A program made the position numbers and the translations under genes. A stretch of 31,562 nucleotides of DNA from a virus. The notes beneath the pieces were generated by a model that was given only the letters and a program-made list of their open reading frames with translations, made no database searches and was not told where the DNA came from. This document shows, one piece after another, positions 31,551 through 31,562 of the stretch. How positions within the stretch are numbered: position 1 is the first letter of the stretch; the number at the start of each line of letters is the position of its first letter. The stretch lies in UHGV virus genome UHGV-0208736; one strand, written 5' to 3'.

Positions 31551-31562
31551 AGAGGACTCTAT

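Noticed and set aside
1-31562. Search for tRNA, rRNA, CRISPR repeats, integrase or attachment sites, and transposase-type mobile elements
   Set aside because: No tRNA T-loop signatures (GGTTCGAATCC-like) with cloverleaf context, no regularly spaced direct repeats, and no integrase or transposase-like ORFs were seen. The only candidate mobile elements are the free-standing HNH endonuclease genes already listed.

Overview
This window reads as a contiguous piece of a virulent tailed dsDNA phage genome (siphovirus-type, lambda-like tail tip). It has three parts. (1) Positions 1-2268: the end of a tail gene block, a beta-helix tailspike gene closed by a bidirectional hairpin terminator. (2) Positions 2267-15026, minus strand: a replication and early-gene module. 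It encodes a TOPRIM protein, an SF2 helicase, a VRR-NUC nuclease, a family A DNA polymerase with 3'-5' exonuclease motifs, a possible gp2.5-like SSB, a Cas4/RecB-like nuclease, an acidic early protein, an AEP-type primase fused to a P-loop ATPase, and two free-standing HNH-AP2 endonucleases. Many small genes are chained by ATGA start/stop overlaps, and three near-identical sigma70-type promoters share a 20-bp core. A lone plus-strand Cro/XRE-like HTH gene sits in a divergent promoter region. (3) Positions 15132-31550, plus strand: a late module. It opens with a promoter, a ~200-nt leader and an intrinsic terminator, followed by an overlapping i-spanin/o-spanin pair, scaffold, major capsid, decoration and connector genes, major tail, G/GT chaperones with a putative -1 frameshift, tape measure, and gpM/L/K/I-J-like tip proteins. 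The late module is interrupted at 22275-24499 by a minus-strand accessory island. The island carries a superinfection-immunity-like membrane protein, an HTH-fused calcineurin-like metallophosphoesterase, a third HNH endonuclease and a small ORF. I found no tRNA, rRNA or CRISPR array. All functional calls rest on motifs and gene order read from the sequence; no database search was possible. Assignment to a Jersey-like/Guernseyvirinae-type phage of enterobacteria is a low-confidence inference from gene order. The best candidates for something new are the accessory island (especially the HTH-phosphoesterase), the acidic first early gene, and the lambda-PR'-like late leader/terminator.
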